Assembly (NCBI RefSeq): GCF_009914755.1
Contig: NC_060935.1
Strand: one strand, 5' to 3'
DNA from: the human T2T-CHM13v2.0 reference genome, Homo sapiens
Length of the DNA stretch: 64,000 nucleotides
The position numbers were made by a program, and so were the translations under genes. Below are positions 29,150 through 40,790 of the stretch, piece by piece. Positions within the stretch are counted from its first letter, which is position 1. Each line of letters opens with the position of its first letter. The notes beneath the pieces are model-generated. The model did not search any database and had not been told where the DNA came from. It was given only the letters and a program-made list of their open reading frames with translations.

Positions 29150-30000
29150 TTGTCCTTTCTTTTCTTTTTATACATTCTTTTCCTTGGTGTTCTCTTCACC
29201 TCCCACTGTCCAATTATCACCTCTGTGGGAATGATGCCTAAATCTGTTTCCAGCCTTGACTATTTATCCAAAAATCTCATCTTGCATCTATAATTGCCTT
29301 CACAGTATTACCAGCTCTGTCTTCCTTGCCCCGACATAAAATCTGTCTCTCAGGCCTGCTGATCTGTTGATTTTAACTTTGCTATTTCATACCACTCCTT
29401 TTCATCTCCACCACCTGCATCCTAGTTTGGTATTTATTGCTTCTCACTCAAACTAGCAGAACAAACAATTAGTTAATCACTCTCCCTTCCATCTCTTGCC
29501 CTACACACCTCTGCTAGATTAATCTTCCCAAAGTACAACTCTGACCCTCACACTTTCTAATAAAAAGCCGTTAATGATACCCTTATTTTTGCCAGGTAAG
29601 TTAAGTCCAGCTTATTTATTGAGGCAGGGGTGAGGGGGTTGGGGTCCGGCCACACTCATAAGTGTGACGTCTGCTGTTTCCTGTGCCTACTCTGGTCTAT
29701 CTCAAGCCCTCACCTTCTTAATCTTCACGCGCACCCAGCTTTCATGCCATAAAGGGCAAGAGTAGTTTCCTGAACATCCACACTCAGTGAGACCTCTGGA
29801 TTTGATCCTGCCATCCCCTCTGCCTGGATCAGCGTTCCTTTTCCCATCCCATCCACCTCACCACCTCCTTGCTTACCCGACACAGTCTTTATCATCTTTC
29901 AAAACTCACAGCAAGGGTTATAGCCTCTGCAACATCTTCTCTCAGCCAACCTGACAGCATCAGCCATTCCCTTCCTTGTACCCCCAGGCCGCCTACTATG
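29150..30000 (+). mobile_element. L2 LINE fragment (resumes ~30420-30480 after the MST LTR)
   Basis: 'aattatcacctctgtgggaatgatgcctaaatct..tccagcc', 'ctagattaatcttcccaaagtacaactctgacc', 'ccctctgcctgga', later 'tcactgtagccccagcacctagcatgg'. Confidence 0.7.
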
Positions 30001-30007
30001 TCTCTAT

Positions 30008-30400
30008 TGCTGTGGTTTGCATGTGTTTCCTGCAAAATTCATGTGTCGAAGCTTAATCCCCACTGTGCTGGTGTCAGGAAAGGGGACCTTTTGGGAAGTG
30101 ATTAAGTCATGAAAGCTCTACCCTCATGAGTAGGTTAGTGCCTTGTCAAAGGGCTGGAGGGAAGTAGTCGTGACTCTTTTTCGCCCCTTCTGACCTTCCT
30201 GCCATGGAAAGACACAGCGTTCCTTCCTTCTGGATGATACAGCCACAGGTGCTCTCTTGGAAGGGATGACATCAGGCATTAAACCTGCTGGCAACTGGAT
30301 GTTGCACCCCAGCCTCCAGAACTGTGAGAAATAAATGTCTGATTTTTATAAATTAATCACTCTCAGGCATTTTGTTAAATAAGTACAAATAGATGAAACA
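30008..30400 (+). mobile_element. ERVL-MaLR solo LTR, MSTC/MSTD-like
   Basis: 'tgctgtggtttgcatgtg...aaaattcatgtgtcgaagcttaatcccc...cccagcctccagaactgtgagaaataaat...ca'. Confidence 0.88.
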
Positions 30401-31719
30401 TTCACGTTATAATATATGCTCCTATAAAGTAGAGGCCATCCTCACCATCTTCATCACTGTAGCCCCAGCACCTAGCATGGAATAAGCATGAAATCAGGAC
30501 CAGCCTCACCTTCCAACCCGACAGAAATTCTTTTCTTTACATGAGCATGTACTATGCTTCCTTCTGTCTTTGCTTTTGCTCTGGTACTTCCTTCCCACAG
30601 AAATTTCCTCTCTATTATGGATTCACCAGAATTCTACCCATCCTAAACAAAGCTCAGCGTACATATCTTTTCCCACAAGAAGCCTTGTTTGATCTGTTTT
30701 CATTCATCCTACATGCATGTGTGATGTGTGTGTGTAAGTGTGTGAACTCCCAAACATGAAAATCGTATGATTTACTGTTATCAGAGTATATTAGAATTTG
30801 GATTCAGATTTTAAAGCTTTATTCCTTAATTTAAAAAAAGTTTGCCCTACTCTAATAATAAAACTCATCTTGCAGGGGCAATAACACTAATTTCTAATAA
30901 TAGATCTTATGATAGCATCTGGAATACAGTAAATGATCAATAATGTTAATTCATGTTCTTTCTTCTTTAAGAGACTTAGCATTTTATGACTTCAGCATAT
31001 TCATACACTTCTTTATTGTCAATAATAGAACAAAACTCCCGGTGGAAGAACAATATCTTATTCACATTTCTCTTGCCAGCAGTGAATATCAGAGATTCTT
31101 ATATACTTGTATTGCTTGGGATATTTATTAAATTTAACGGAGCAAACCGATTTAGAAAGCTTTATGCTTTAAAAAAGAATATAGTTTTCTTATTTGCACA
31201 AAATTAAACATGATGTTTATGGTCATGCCTATAAAATGTTGGACTTCACGCTTTTGATAAGGAATATAACCACATGATAACATATTTTCTATGGGAAAAT
31301 CAGATTTGACATCCATTGTTTCAATTTAGTGTTGTTAGCAGAAATTTTGTTTCTTTTCTCTGTTGTATCTTTATATAAGCATGAAAACATGAAACAGCAT
31401 TGACTTGACAACATTTTTTTAAAAGGTGGCCAATGAGGTAAATTAGATTACCTGCTAAATTCCATGCAGTAATTGAGTTTTTCTGTAAGTCTAAGTGCAA
31501 CATCTTTGAAGAAATTTGTTTTCCACTATGGGGCAAGTTGTAAAGAATTGTTTATATGCACTCAACTGCTATGACCCAGAATCTTAAAAATATCTAATAA
31601 TCATAAAATTTGAAGCTCTCTGGACTTCAGTTTTTCTTTTGAAAAAAGATATGTGGTTAAAACTGCCCCACTTAGATTGCAATGTTGATATGAAAAGCTC
31701 ATGTGAGCCTCTCAATTCC

Positions 31720-33055
31720 AGAGTTTGTCTTTGTTTCCACATCCCTGAAGCCTAGTAGAGTGTCTGGAAGAGAAAAAGTGCTCAACAACTATTTATTAAA
31801 TATATAAAGATTATGAGAAAGATTGTTGAGGATGTTAAACTGTAATATAATATAATTTATATTATCTGTACTACCCTCTCATTTTAGATGGGGTAATGAG
31901 GCCCAGAAAGGAGAAGGAATTTGCCCAGTGACACACAGGAAGCTAGTGGCAGAGCGAGGAGTGGTTCCCGGATTTTATGCTTCCAGGTCTAATGCTCTTC
32001 ACACACATCTCACCGTATCGGTCATGTCACAGATGACACACACTCTCTGATATTAGAAAAACCAGTCCAATTCAACTGATATTTATGGATTTCTTATTAG
32101 GCTCCAGGCACAATGCTAAGCAGTGCAGGATTACAAGATGAGCTATACAGTCTCTGCTTTTAAGTTCACAAATTTACATGGAGGAGAAAACACATAAACC
32201 ACTACCAAATAGTTATTAGGGTATAAATATTGCCATGGGGATATAAAGAAACTGCTGGGAGCTCACAGTGAATGGAGTCATGATGCTGGATTACAGGATG
32301 AGCAACGTTAAAGGCCTTTCATGGGAAAAGCGTTTTAGGCTATTCTTTGGAAGAAACACAGGGCAGTCAAGCTAAGAAGAGAAGGAACAGTCCAGTCCAA
32401 GGAAAAGTACAGAGCACAAAGGCCCTGCCTCCCCCATGGCTGTGACTGAAAGGAGTTATAGTAGTAATTATGGAATAAAGACTGAGAATATGAATTTGTC
32501 CAGGTCATCAAGGGCCAGGAATACCACGCTTGGGAATCCAGACTTTATTTGATAGGGAATGGGAGCTTTTAAAGGTTATTTGAAGTCAGGCACTATATTT
32601 TTTTGAAAACCATTCCGGCTGCCGTAGCATGAAAGTGGAGGGACTGGAGACAAGAAAAGCTACAAGGCCACTTCAAAATCTAGAAAGCTTTCTCCAAATA
32701 GGAAAGTAGTGCTAAGAACAGAAAGGATACAGCAAATAGGAGAAACATTATGGAGAAGAATTAGCAGTGTGGGCTCTGGATTCAGACTGGCTGTCCCTTT
32801 GTGTCTTTACGCAAGTTAATTATATTATTTGTGCTTGGTTTCATCATCAGCACAATAGTGCTAGAGCGCCCACTCACAGTATTGGAGGTGTAAAGTGCTA
32901 AAAGGGATGCCCGTCTCATAGAAAGATCTCAATAAGTGTTCATGGTGGTTGTTGAAACAAAGATGTTAACACAGAAGGCAAGTCTCACCAGAGCTGGCAC
33001 CCACCACTGTCTTCAGTGCCTAGAAAAGTCTTTGGCACCTGTTAGGCATTAAATA
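31720..33055. mobile_element. Cluster of L2 and MIR fragments
   Basis: L2 3' end ~31720-31800; MIR(-) ~31870-32010 ('attttagatggggtaatgaggcccagaaaggagaaggaatttgccc'); L2(-) ~32065-32760; MIR(+) ~32765-32940; L2 tail ~32985-33055. Confidence 0.6.
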
Positions 33056-33699
33056 TTTTTTATTGCTTTTATTGTATCTTCTTTGTATTTTCTCCCTTTA
33101 TACCTTTCAGACATGATCATATATGAAGTTATTTGCATAACGACTACGACTGGAGTCTTCAGATAGTTTGTGTTGATATGGGAAAGATTATTAATGATAT
33201 CATGATTTTCTCTAAAAGTGACTATCACTTTCAATGTGTTGGCAGAAGGTTTGGGAAACAAAATGTTTAAGTGAAGGTGAACATTTTGGAGACGTCCTTC
33301 CTTGAATTTGATTTACAAGATCAGTGAGCTAAGGTTCAGCGGTAATGATTCACAAGCCTGGGGCTCTGTCTTGGCTGGACAGGTGACTCACTGGGTCACC
33401 AGAGCTCCATGCTTTCTCTAGGACTCACTTTACTTATCTTTGAAATGGGATTTATTATCTGACCCCTAGAAATGCTATGTTCATGAATTGATACACATTG
33501 ATGGCTTAAGAGGAGGAAGGCAGTAGGCAGCTGATAAAACCCTCTGGTTTACAAAGTTTGCACAGGGTCCTAAGATAATCAGGAATTGACAGTCCAGTTG
33601 TATCTCCAGGGGCTGGGATTCTCTTTGTATTTGTTCAATCATTTGTTCGATCAGGATTCATTTTCCTTCATTAAAACATCATTAGTGAAAAATATCCTT

Positions 33700-34300
33700 C
33701 CAGCCACCTTCAGCAAAGCATCTAAGATGGGCCACACACACTGCCTAGCATGATGTAAATAAGCGTAACTAAGACATAGTCTCTGTGAACTTAAGAAAGC
33801 CATATCTGTAAAAAATAAGTTCAATCAAAATTTAAAATGCTCTCATAGAGATATGTACAAGGTGCAAACAAAGAAAATTAGCAGTACTCAGTGGACCAGG
33901 TGTTGGTCCGGGGAAGTGTCACAGAGGAGTGGTCATGAACCTGGTGTCTCAGGGTGAGTCACATCACATGGGTTGTAGGGAGAGGAGTGCTCCTAGCTGT
34001 GGGAGACAGCACGTGCAAAGCTTTGACAAGTCATCACTGAGAAGCAGCACAAATAGGAGGGGGAATATTCAAAATTAGGCTGGAAAGAGAGAAAGGAGTC
34101 AAGTACGTAGAAGCATGCCCGTGCACACGCACAAACACACCCAGAGGCTGGCGGGACAAAAGAAAAAGCTTATTGGGGTCAGAAAGACCCAGGCTAAAAT
34201 CCCAGCTTCTTGATCATTTCATGTCTCAATTTTCTCATCATTGATAGAAGATACATCACACCTACCTAGCAATGCTAATGTGAATAGAAATGTAGCAGAC
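33700..34300. mobile_element. L2 (-) fragment followed by a MIR fragment
   Basis: 'aagacatagtctctg...gggagacagcacgtgcaaag' then 'ggggtcagaaagacccagg..aaaatcccagc...tctcaattttctcatc'. Confidence 0.55.
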
Positions 34301-36174
34301 TTTTTACGAACTGGAAAATAAAGGAATAAGTGGATGCATGTGCAATATGTGGATATATTAGCATTAGCATTAGCATATATGCATAGACCATTCTATATCT
34401 ACAAGATGTGTGCAGAGAGAGATACTAATGGATGGACTGATTGATTGGTTTGGTGATAGATGCTCAACACTTAATTTCTTTAGTCCCTTCCAGGATTTCT
34501 ACAAAAGTCTTTGAAAGAATAGTAAAATTATATGTATACCATGCAATAACAGTGCTGATGGGTCAGCTGGTAAGTAGCCATCCTCCCCGCACTGCCAGCT
34601 TTCTTGGGAGATCTTGGGCAGCTGATTAACACTGCCTGTGTCTGATTCACCTTTTCAAGTCATAGAGCTGCTGCTCTGCATCTAGACTTCCCTGTCCCAA
34701 GGGATTTGCTGGCATCAGTCCCTGGCCATGCCTCATGGAGCAGCTGATCACTGCTGTGGCCCCGGTGAGGCCACCCGTATAAGACTAGGGTACCAGGGAG
34801 CATGGGAGAGAATGACAGGCGGGTTTCACAGTTATGCCCAGCACTTCAAACTGTGTTTGAACACAGGTTTCTGGATTCCCTAGATATGTTCCTCCTCTCC
34901 CCACTTTTTTGTCAGCTGTTATCTCAGTTTTGTTGCTGTGAAATCTCCTTTCTCCTTTTTGGAGAACTCTTCCTGATTTTGATCTGAGGCAGCTGTCGTC
35001 TGGTGACAACCAGCAATTTCTGCTAACGGCACCAATATAAATCTTCGGCTTCCCCCTCAGTTCTTGTCAAAGACGTGGGCCAGGGTGCAGAGTGAGACAG
35101 CAGCCCTTCTGTGTCCCAAAGGTAGGTGAGCTATTGGGCTCTGCCAGCTGTCCTTCGAAATCACCTACGAGATTTGTTTCCAAATTCCTGCCTTGACATG
35201 GATGTATGTTTTGATAGAAGGTTAATGCATACGTGAATACACAACTTTTTGATTTATTGTCATTGTGAACTTATCACTCTTTCCTTTAAATTAAAACTCC
35301 CTCCAGATGGGGATCTGTGACACAGATTTATCGATCTGCAATAAAACCTCACTCATAATCTCTACAGCTGCCCATTCGTCTTCTCGAGAAAGAGGGTTCA
35401 TTACTCTGGATGTCCCAGGAATGAAAGCAAGAAGCTAACTTTCTCCTTTGTTCTACTCCTGTCCCTCCTCTGCTTAAGGCTTCTGTCCTCCTACCTTTCT
35501 CCTCCACCTCCTCCTCCCACGTCATGAGACCAGCTGAATCCCCCAAACACATTGACTCCCTGTCCCCATGTTGCTCAGATTCCCTCATATTTCTTCTTAC
35601 TCCCCTGTCACCCACCTCAAAGATGCCCTACCATTTTGTGGGCACCCAGAGAGTGCTGTGACATTGAATCTGATTTGTGGCAGTACAGCAATAGCGTAGC
35701 CCTCTGCTCTGCTCCTTCCAGATGGGTCTGCACCCCCCAATCTGGACAAACCACTGTGGACTCTGGTAGATGAATGAGATCATTAGAAAAGGGAGACTCG
35801 AGCAGCCAGACTGATAGGAATGAGCACGAGCGGCAGGTGGGCAGGTACCATGCTTGTGTCTGAATGGGTAAATGTGGATAAAGAATTCTTACTACTCTGC
35901 GTTTTGCTGGGTCCAGAGAACCCTCTGATTTATTGCTTAGGAGATATTCCGACATGTGAACATGATCCAGGCTGCTTCCCCTGGTCAGCAGATGGTTTGG
36001 TCACTGTGCCAGGAAGCAGAAGTTGCTGCTATCTCAGACTCAACAGAAGGAAGGGCAAAAGGACTTTTAGAGGGATCAGATGGATTGCCTAGTCAGCTCA
36101 GTGGAGTATTGATTCAGTGCTGGAATTTTCTTGGATTTCCCTGCCGAAAAATAAAGCATGGGCATCATCTAGTC

Positions 36175-36500
36175 TAGTGGATTTCCAGTGGAGTGTCATG
36201 ATACACTGGTGTGTTGCAGTCAGCTTATGGTGTGATGTAATATTCCAGTGTGTCACAAGTAATTTATTACTTCTAATAATAAAATACTAAAGTTTACAAA
36301 TGAAATACTTTAAAAAATCAGAACAGATTCAAAGCTACATTTATAATAATGTGATTGTCACTCACGTGAATTCCAATGTGCTTTCCTGAGTAGGAATGGG
36401 ATGTTGTTATGGCTAACCTGCCAGAAATTACCCATTGTATATAGAGATCTAGTGGTTATGTGGCCAGTATCCACTACTGGGAGTTGAGAATTGCTGTTCT
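36175..36500. mobile_element. Probable hAT-Charlie-type DNA transposon relic
   Basis: Charlie-like ends 'ctagtggatttcc...gatacactggtgtgttgca' and 'gttgagaattgctgttct'; family not assignable by eye. Confidence 0.4.
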
Positions 36501-37477
36501 GGTCTGTCTCTCCCTATTAGGCAGGAGGACTGTCCTTAGAAAAATTCTAAGTCCTCATCCTTTGTGTCCTCATAGCAGAACAAAGGATGCAGCCTCTCAT
36601 CATCATTTAGAAATAGCAAAGGCATAACCCAGACCCAAGCAGTGATTGCTAATGTCAAGGCTTGAACCCAAGTGTACAAATCAGGATTTCAGTGTGCACA
36701 TCCCACTGACCACTACCTCCTCCAACAGGCAGGCTTGAGGAGCTTGGGGCAGAGGCAAGGCACAGGTGGAGGAAGAGCGAGTGGGAAATGAATCATCATT
36801 AATCACTGTAATCAGGAAGCTACCCCAAGCAGGTTTAATCACCGCATGCAGGGAGGGCTGCAGAGCAAGTTTATGGTTTACAGTGAGCAGGCTGACACAG
36901 CTGATTGATGTCAAATATGTCATGATGTATATTGTAAAGCAGGGAGATTTAATGGTGTAACTCTATGGCAGGCTTAGAAATGAGCTGCTGCAGAGTGAGG
37001 CGTGATGGATGGGCTCATTTACATGTAAAATTGCCAATGGCATTGACAGCATTGGTATGTGAGGGGAAGATAAGAGGCACATAGCAAGATTCACTCTTGT
37101 CCTAGTGTTGGAATATTAAAATACAGCTGCGGCAGCATCTGGAATTTGCAATGGCCTCTAAAGATAAAATTGTTTTTCACCTTTCAGACCTGAGATAATC
37201 TACATCTTTTATAAGGTTTTCTAAAAAGTCACCATACCGTTCCTGGATCAAGTATTTACAGTAGATGATGCTGGTATGAAATTCAGTTGTATGGAGGTTG
37301 TTAGCAAACCAAGACATTCCACGGCTTTTATCTCCACCCAGCCTAACAACCACCCAGTGCGTGTAGAGTAACCATATGAAAGACCAGAGAACTGACTTTA
37401 AAACTCCATTTGGTCTCTTCCAAACTCATGCCCTCTTGTGTTTTTTCTCTACCCTTTGTCAGAAAGATAATTAGTCA

Positions 37478-37540
37478 GCCTCTCTCTCTCTCTCTCTCTT
37501 CCCCTTCCTCCCTCTCATTCTCCCCCTTATTTTCTCCTCT
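37478..37540. repeat. (CT)n and polypyrimidine tract
   Basis: cctctctctctctctctctcttccccttcctccctctc... Confidence 0.85.
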
Positions 37541-37794
37541 AATGAGGCTGCCATTATCATATGTGGGCTAATGTCTGTAATATATGAGGGTACGGGGAAT
37601 TGATGTATCCTTTCAGTAAATAGTGATGTTTGGATCACCTCCAGTTAAGCATTCAGGCATGAGGATAGACCCTAGGACCTGAATTGGCTAACTGAAGAGC
37701 ACTTCATATTTGCCCCCTAACATTAGAATAATGACCATGTGGCATTAGAGCCTGCCTTGCCTTCTCTCCATCCCTCCTTTTTCCTTTCCTCCTC

Positions 37795-39290
37795 CATACA
37801 ACGTACACCAGGCATTGTGCTAGGGACTGGGGCACAACACACCAAATGAGCTACTAGGGATGCCGAGAAGGAAAGAGCCTCCCACCGGAACTCCAGATGG
37901 CTTCTACAAATGCCTGAGAGGAGCTAGGGGAGTGCATGGGACAAAGGTGGAGGGGAGCTGTCTGATAAACAGGGGTGACATCTCAGGGGAATTCATATCT
38001 GAACCAAGACTGAAGGGGACTTGAAGGTAGCAAAGCAAGGGAGGCCGAAGTGGAGAGGGAAGATGACTGCAAGGAAAGAACGGTGCCCATGTCTCCACAG
38101 CAAGAAAGCATTTAGCAAATTCAAGGGCCTGTGAGGAGCTTGAGGCAGGAGCAAAGGAGCATGTGAGGAGGGACAGCCAGGAGATGAGGCTGGAGAAGTG
38201 TCAGTACCCCTGCCAGTCTCCAGCTGGCTCAAAGGTGGAGACTATTGCACCGTAAGGCATCCCTTGGTTTTTATGACAACGTTTCAGTTTTGCCCTATCT
38301 ATGGCTTTGCCTTTAGTGAGTTGGGTCTTATTTCTGGACAGGATTATCAATTGTGGTAAGGAAGTTATGTTGACAATCACAAAAGTTATCAAAGTTACGC
38401 CTTCGGGGGTGCTCACTGTCATTCAGCGTGTAGTGCTAAGTGCTGAGGACTTACCAAACATCAATTTAGTTTAAGGTATCTCATGTATTTTTTCAGTAAC
38501 CAGATCGTTGCCATCATGACATTGAATGATTTTTACACACAAACTAATAGCATCTGTGCTTTATGATTCAATCATTCTTTCGCACCTTCAAAACATATCT
38601 AGTAAGAACCTACTAAGTTCAAGGCACACTGCTACGTGCTGGGGATGCAAAGATGAATAATATGAGATTCCTTCTCATAAGCTAATGAGGAAGACACATA
38701 TGCAGAATCATGGCCAACTCATCATAGATGGAGCTCCTGTAAAGGACGGATGAAGGCTGTAGGGAGTACAGGAACTTATGGCCTTTCTCTGGGGGAGTCT
38801 GGGATGCTCAACAAAAGAGATATGTGAGCTTTATCTTAAAGAATGGTTAAGACTTTTCCATAGGTAGATGTTACAGATGAGGAGGCTTAAAGAGTTTGGA
38901 TGCAGACAGCTCAGCCACGTGGAGTTTCACTGAGTTCCCCCAATAAAATCAAAGTGGTATTATAATTATTAGATACATTCAGCTCTACAAATCATCTTTT
39001 CTTTCTTCTAGAAACTTGACTGCAACACTACTTCTGTGATGCAATTGGCAGTATAACTTAGTGGTTAGGACCAGAACCTCTAAAATGACAGAGACCCGGG
39101 TTCTAACTTCATCTTTACCATCTCATAGTTGTGAGGCCTTGGGGGAGTCCCTTCAACCCACAGCCCTCATTCTCCTCATTCGTAACAGTGCCTACTTCAC
39201 AGACTTCATGGAGTATTAAAAGAGGTAATGTACTGGACTCAGTGTTGAGCCCACAGTAAGAGTTCAACAAATGTTAGCCATGTATGATTA
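37795..39290. mobile_element. L2 (-) fragments (~37795-38230, ~38570-38870) and MIR (+, ~39050-39290)
   Basis: 'ccaggcattgtgctagggactgggg', 'aaggcacactgctacgtgctggggatgcaaagatgaataa', MIR 'gtggttagga...gacccgggttcta...tgtgaggccttgggg'. Confidence 0.7.
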
Positions 39291-40049
39291 ATAATAATAT
39301 TATTATTATCTGTCATTTAACACCTAATGAAGCATTGACTGAACCACAACCTAGTGACTTTATAGAGCTAATGTACTTCCCAGAGAGTTTAATAGAGCGC
39401 TCCACTCTTCTCTCTTCAGAAAGAATGTGCTCCCATTGCAGTAAATCACCAACACAAAAGTGGGTACACATGGTCCCTATTCTCTGCTGGCCACTTTGGG
39501 TTTTACTCCAATTATTGTGCTATGTTCCCTGGTGTTTCCCTTTCTGGCTACTCAGCTGAAAACTTCCTGAATGCCTAGTTTACTTCCCCTTCCAGATCAT
39601 TAACAAAGCGGCTCTGAAAGCCCACACCTGGCACCACTCCACCAGCTCCCAAATAGGTGCCTCCCCAGCTGGTCCTTTGCCGAACCAGATTGTGTGTCCA
39701 CACAAATGGTTCTGATCACACTCAAGTGTTGTCATCCTGAAAGCACAGGTTCTGGAACCTTTCCATACGGTTTCAGATGGCAGTACATTTTCATTCCTCA
39801 ACTGTACTCCCTGCTTAAAAAGGAAAAAAAAATAAAAGAAAGAAAATGTATCAATGGTGTGGATCCTAAAAGGTCGCCTAATCTTGTCCGTTGGTAATCA
39901 ATGCAAAGAAAATAAAAGTAAACAGACAACTGGAGTGGGGAGGTGAGCGGCAACACCATTTAAAACCATGCCCACTCCTTGCTGCGCGTCTTGCGTTTTG
40001 CCTCCACTGTCCTGCCGGGCTACGTCTGCAGCCTAATCCACCACCTCTG

Positions 40050-40790
40050 CAGCTGCTTTTCATTCGTGTTGCTACACTCACTCCAGCGTCCAGTCTAGAA
40101 ACCTGGGCTTTCATCTTGATTTCTTTCTATTCCTCAGCCATCGCATGCAAGCAATCACCAAGTAAACTCTGACAACCCAGCTTCCTATATATCTCTCCAA
40201 ACCCACTACCTCTCCCAGCTCTGCTGCCAGCTTCCCATACCAACACACTGCGGGCCATGGATTTTGATCTTCTTCATTTTGCCCTCTGCCAGTCCGTTTT
40301 CTATTGAGCAATCCGAGATTTTTAAAAATGCAAGCATGGTCACCTCGCTCTGCAGGTAGAAATACTCGTGTGGCTTCTGTCACCCTCAGGATCAAGCTCG
40401 AACTCCTCCGCTTGGCTTAGAGGGACCATCTGGACTTTCCCGGCCCTCTCATCCCCTTGCGGCCTATGGCTGTTCTTCTGCCCCCGCCTTCTCCCACCTC
40501 ACCTTTCTGGGTGCACTGGCTAACTACAGTTTTTGTGTCTGATAAGAGCTTACAAAGGACTGCCTTCTGGGAGCTGTCCCACCGTGCCCGCCTCAGCTCT
40601 CTGCCCTCTTGTATGCTGGGCCAGCTTCCCCACCCTCCATCCCAGCCCTCGCCCACCCTGTGCTGGGCCAGAGCTGCTGTCTCCCTAGCTGGGCTGTGCA
40701 CAAAGAGCAGGCACCATCCCTCCTCCCCACAGCAAGCTTCCAGAAGGGTTCTGGAGCACAGTAGACACTCAGTATGGACTGGTAGAGCTC
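40050..40790 (+). mobile_element. L2 LINE fragment, GC-enriched
   Basis: 'tagaaacctggg..tcatcttgatttc...caatcaccaagt', 'ccctcaggatcaagctcgaactcct', 3' end 'ggttctggagcacagtagacactcagta'. Confidence 0.65.
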
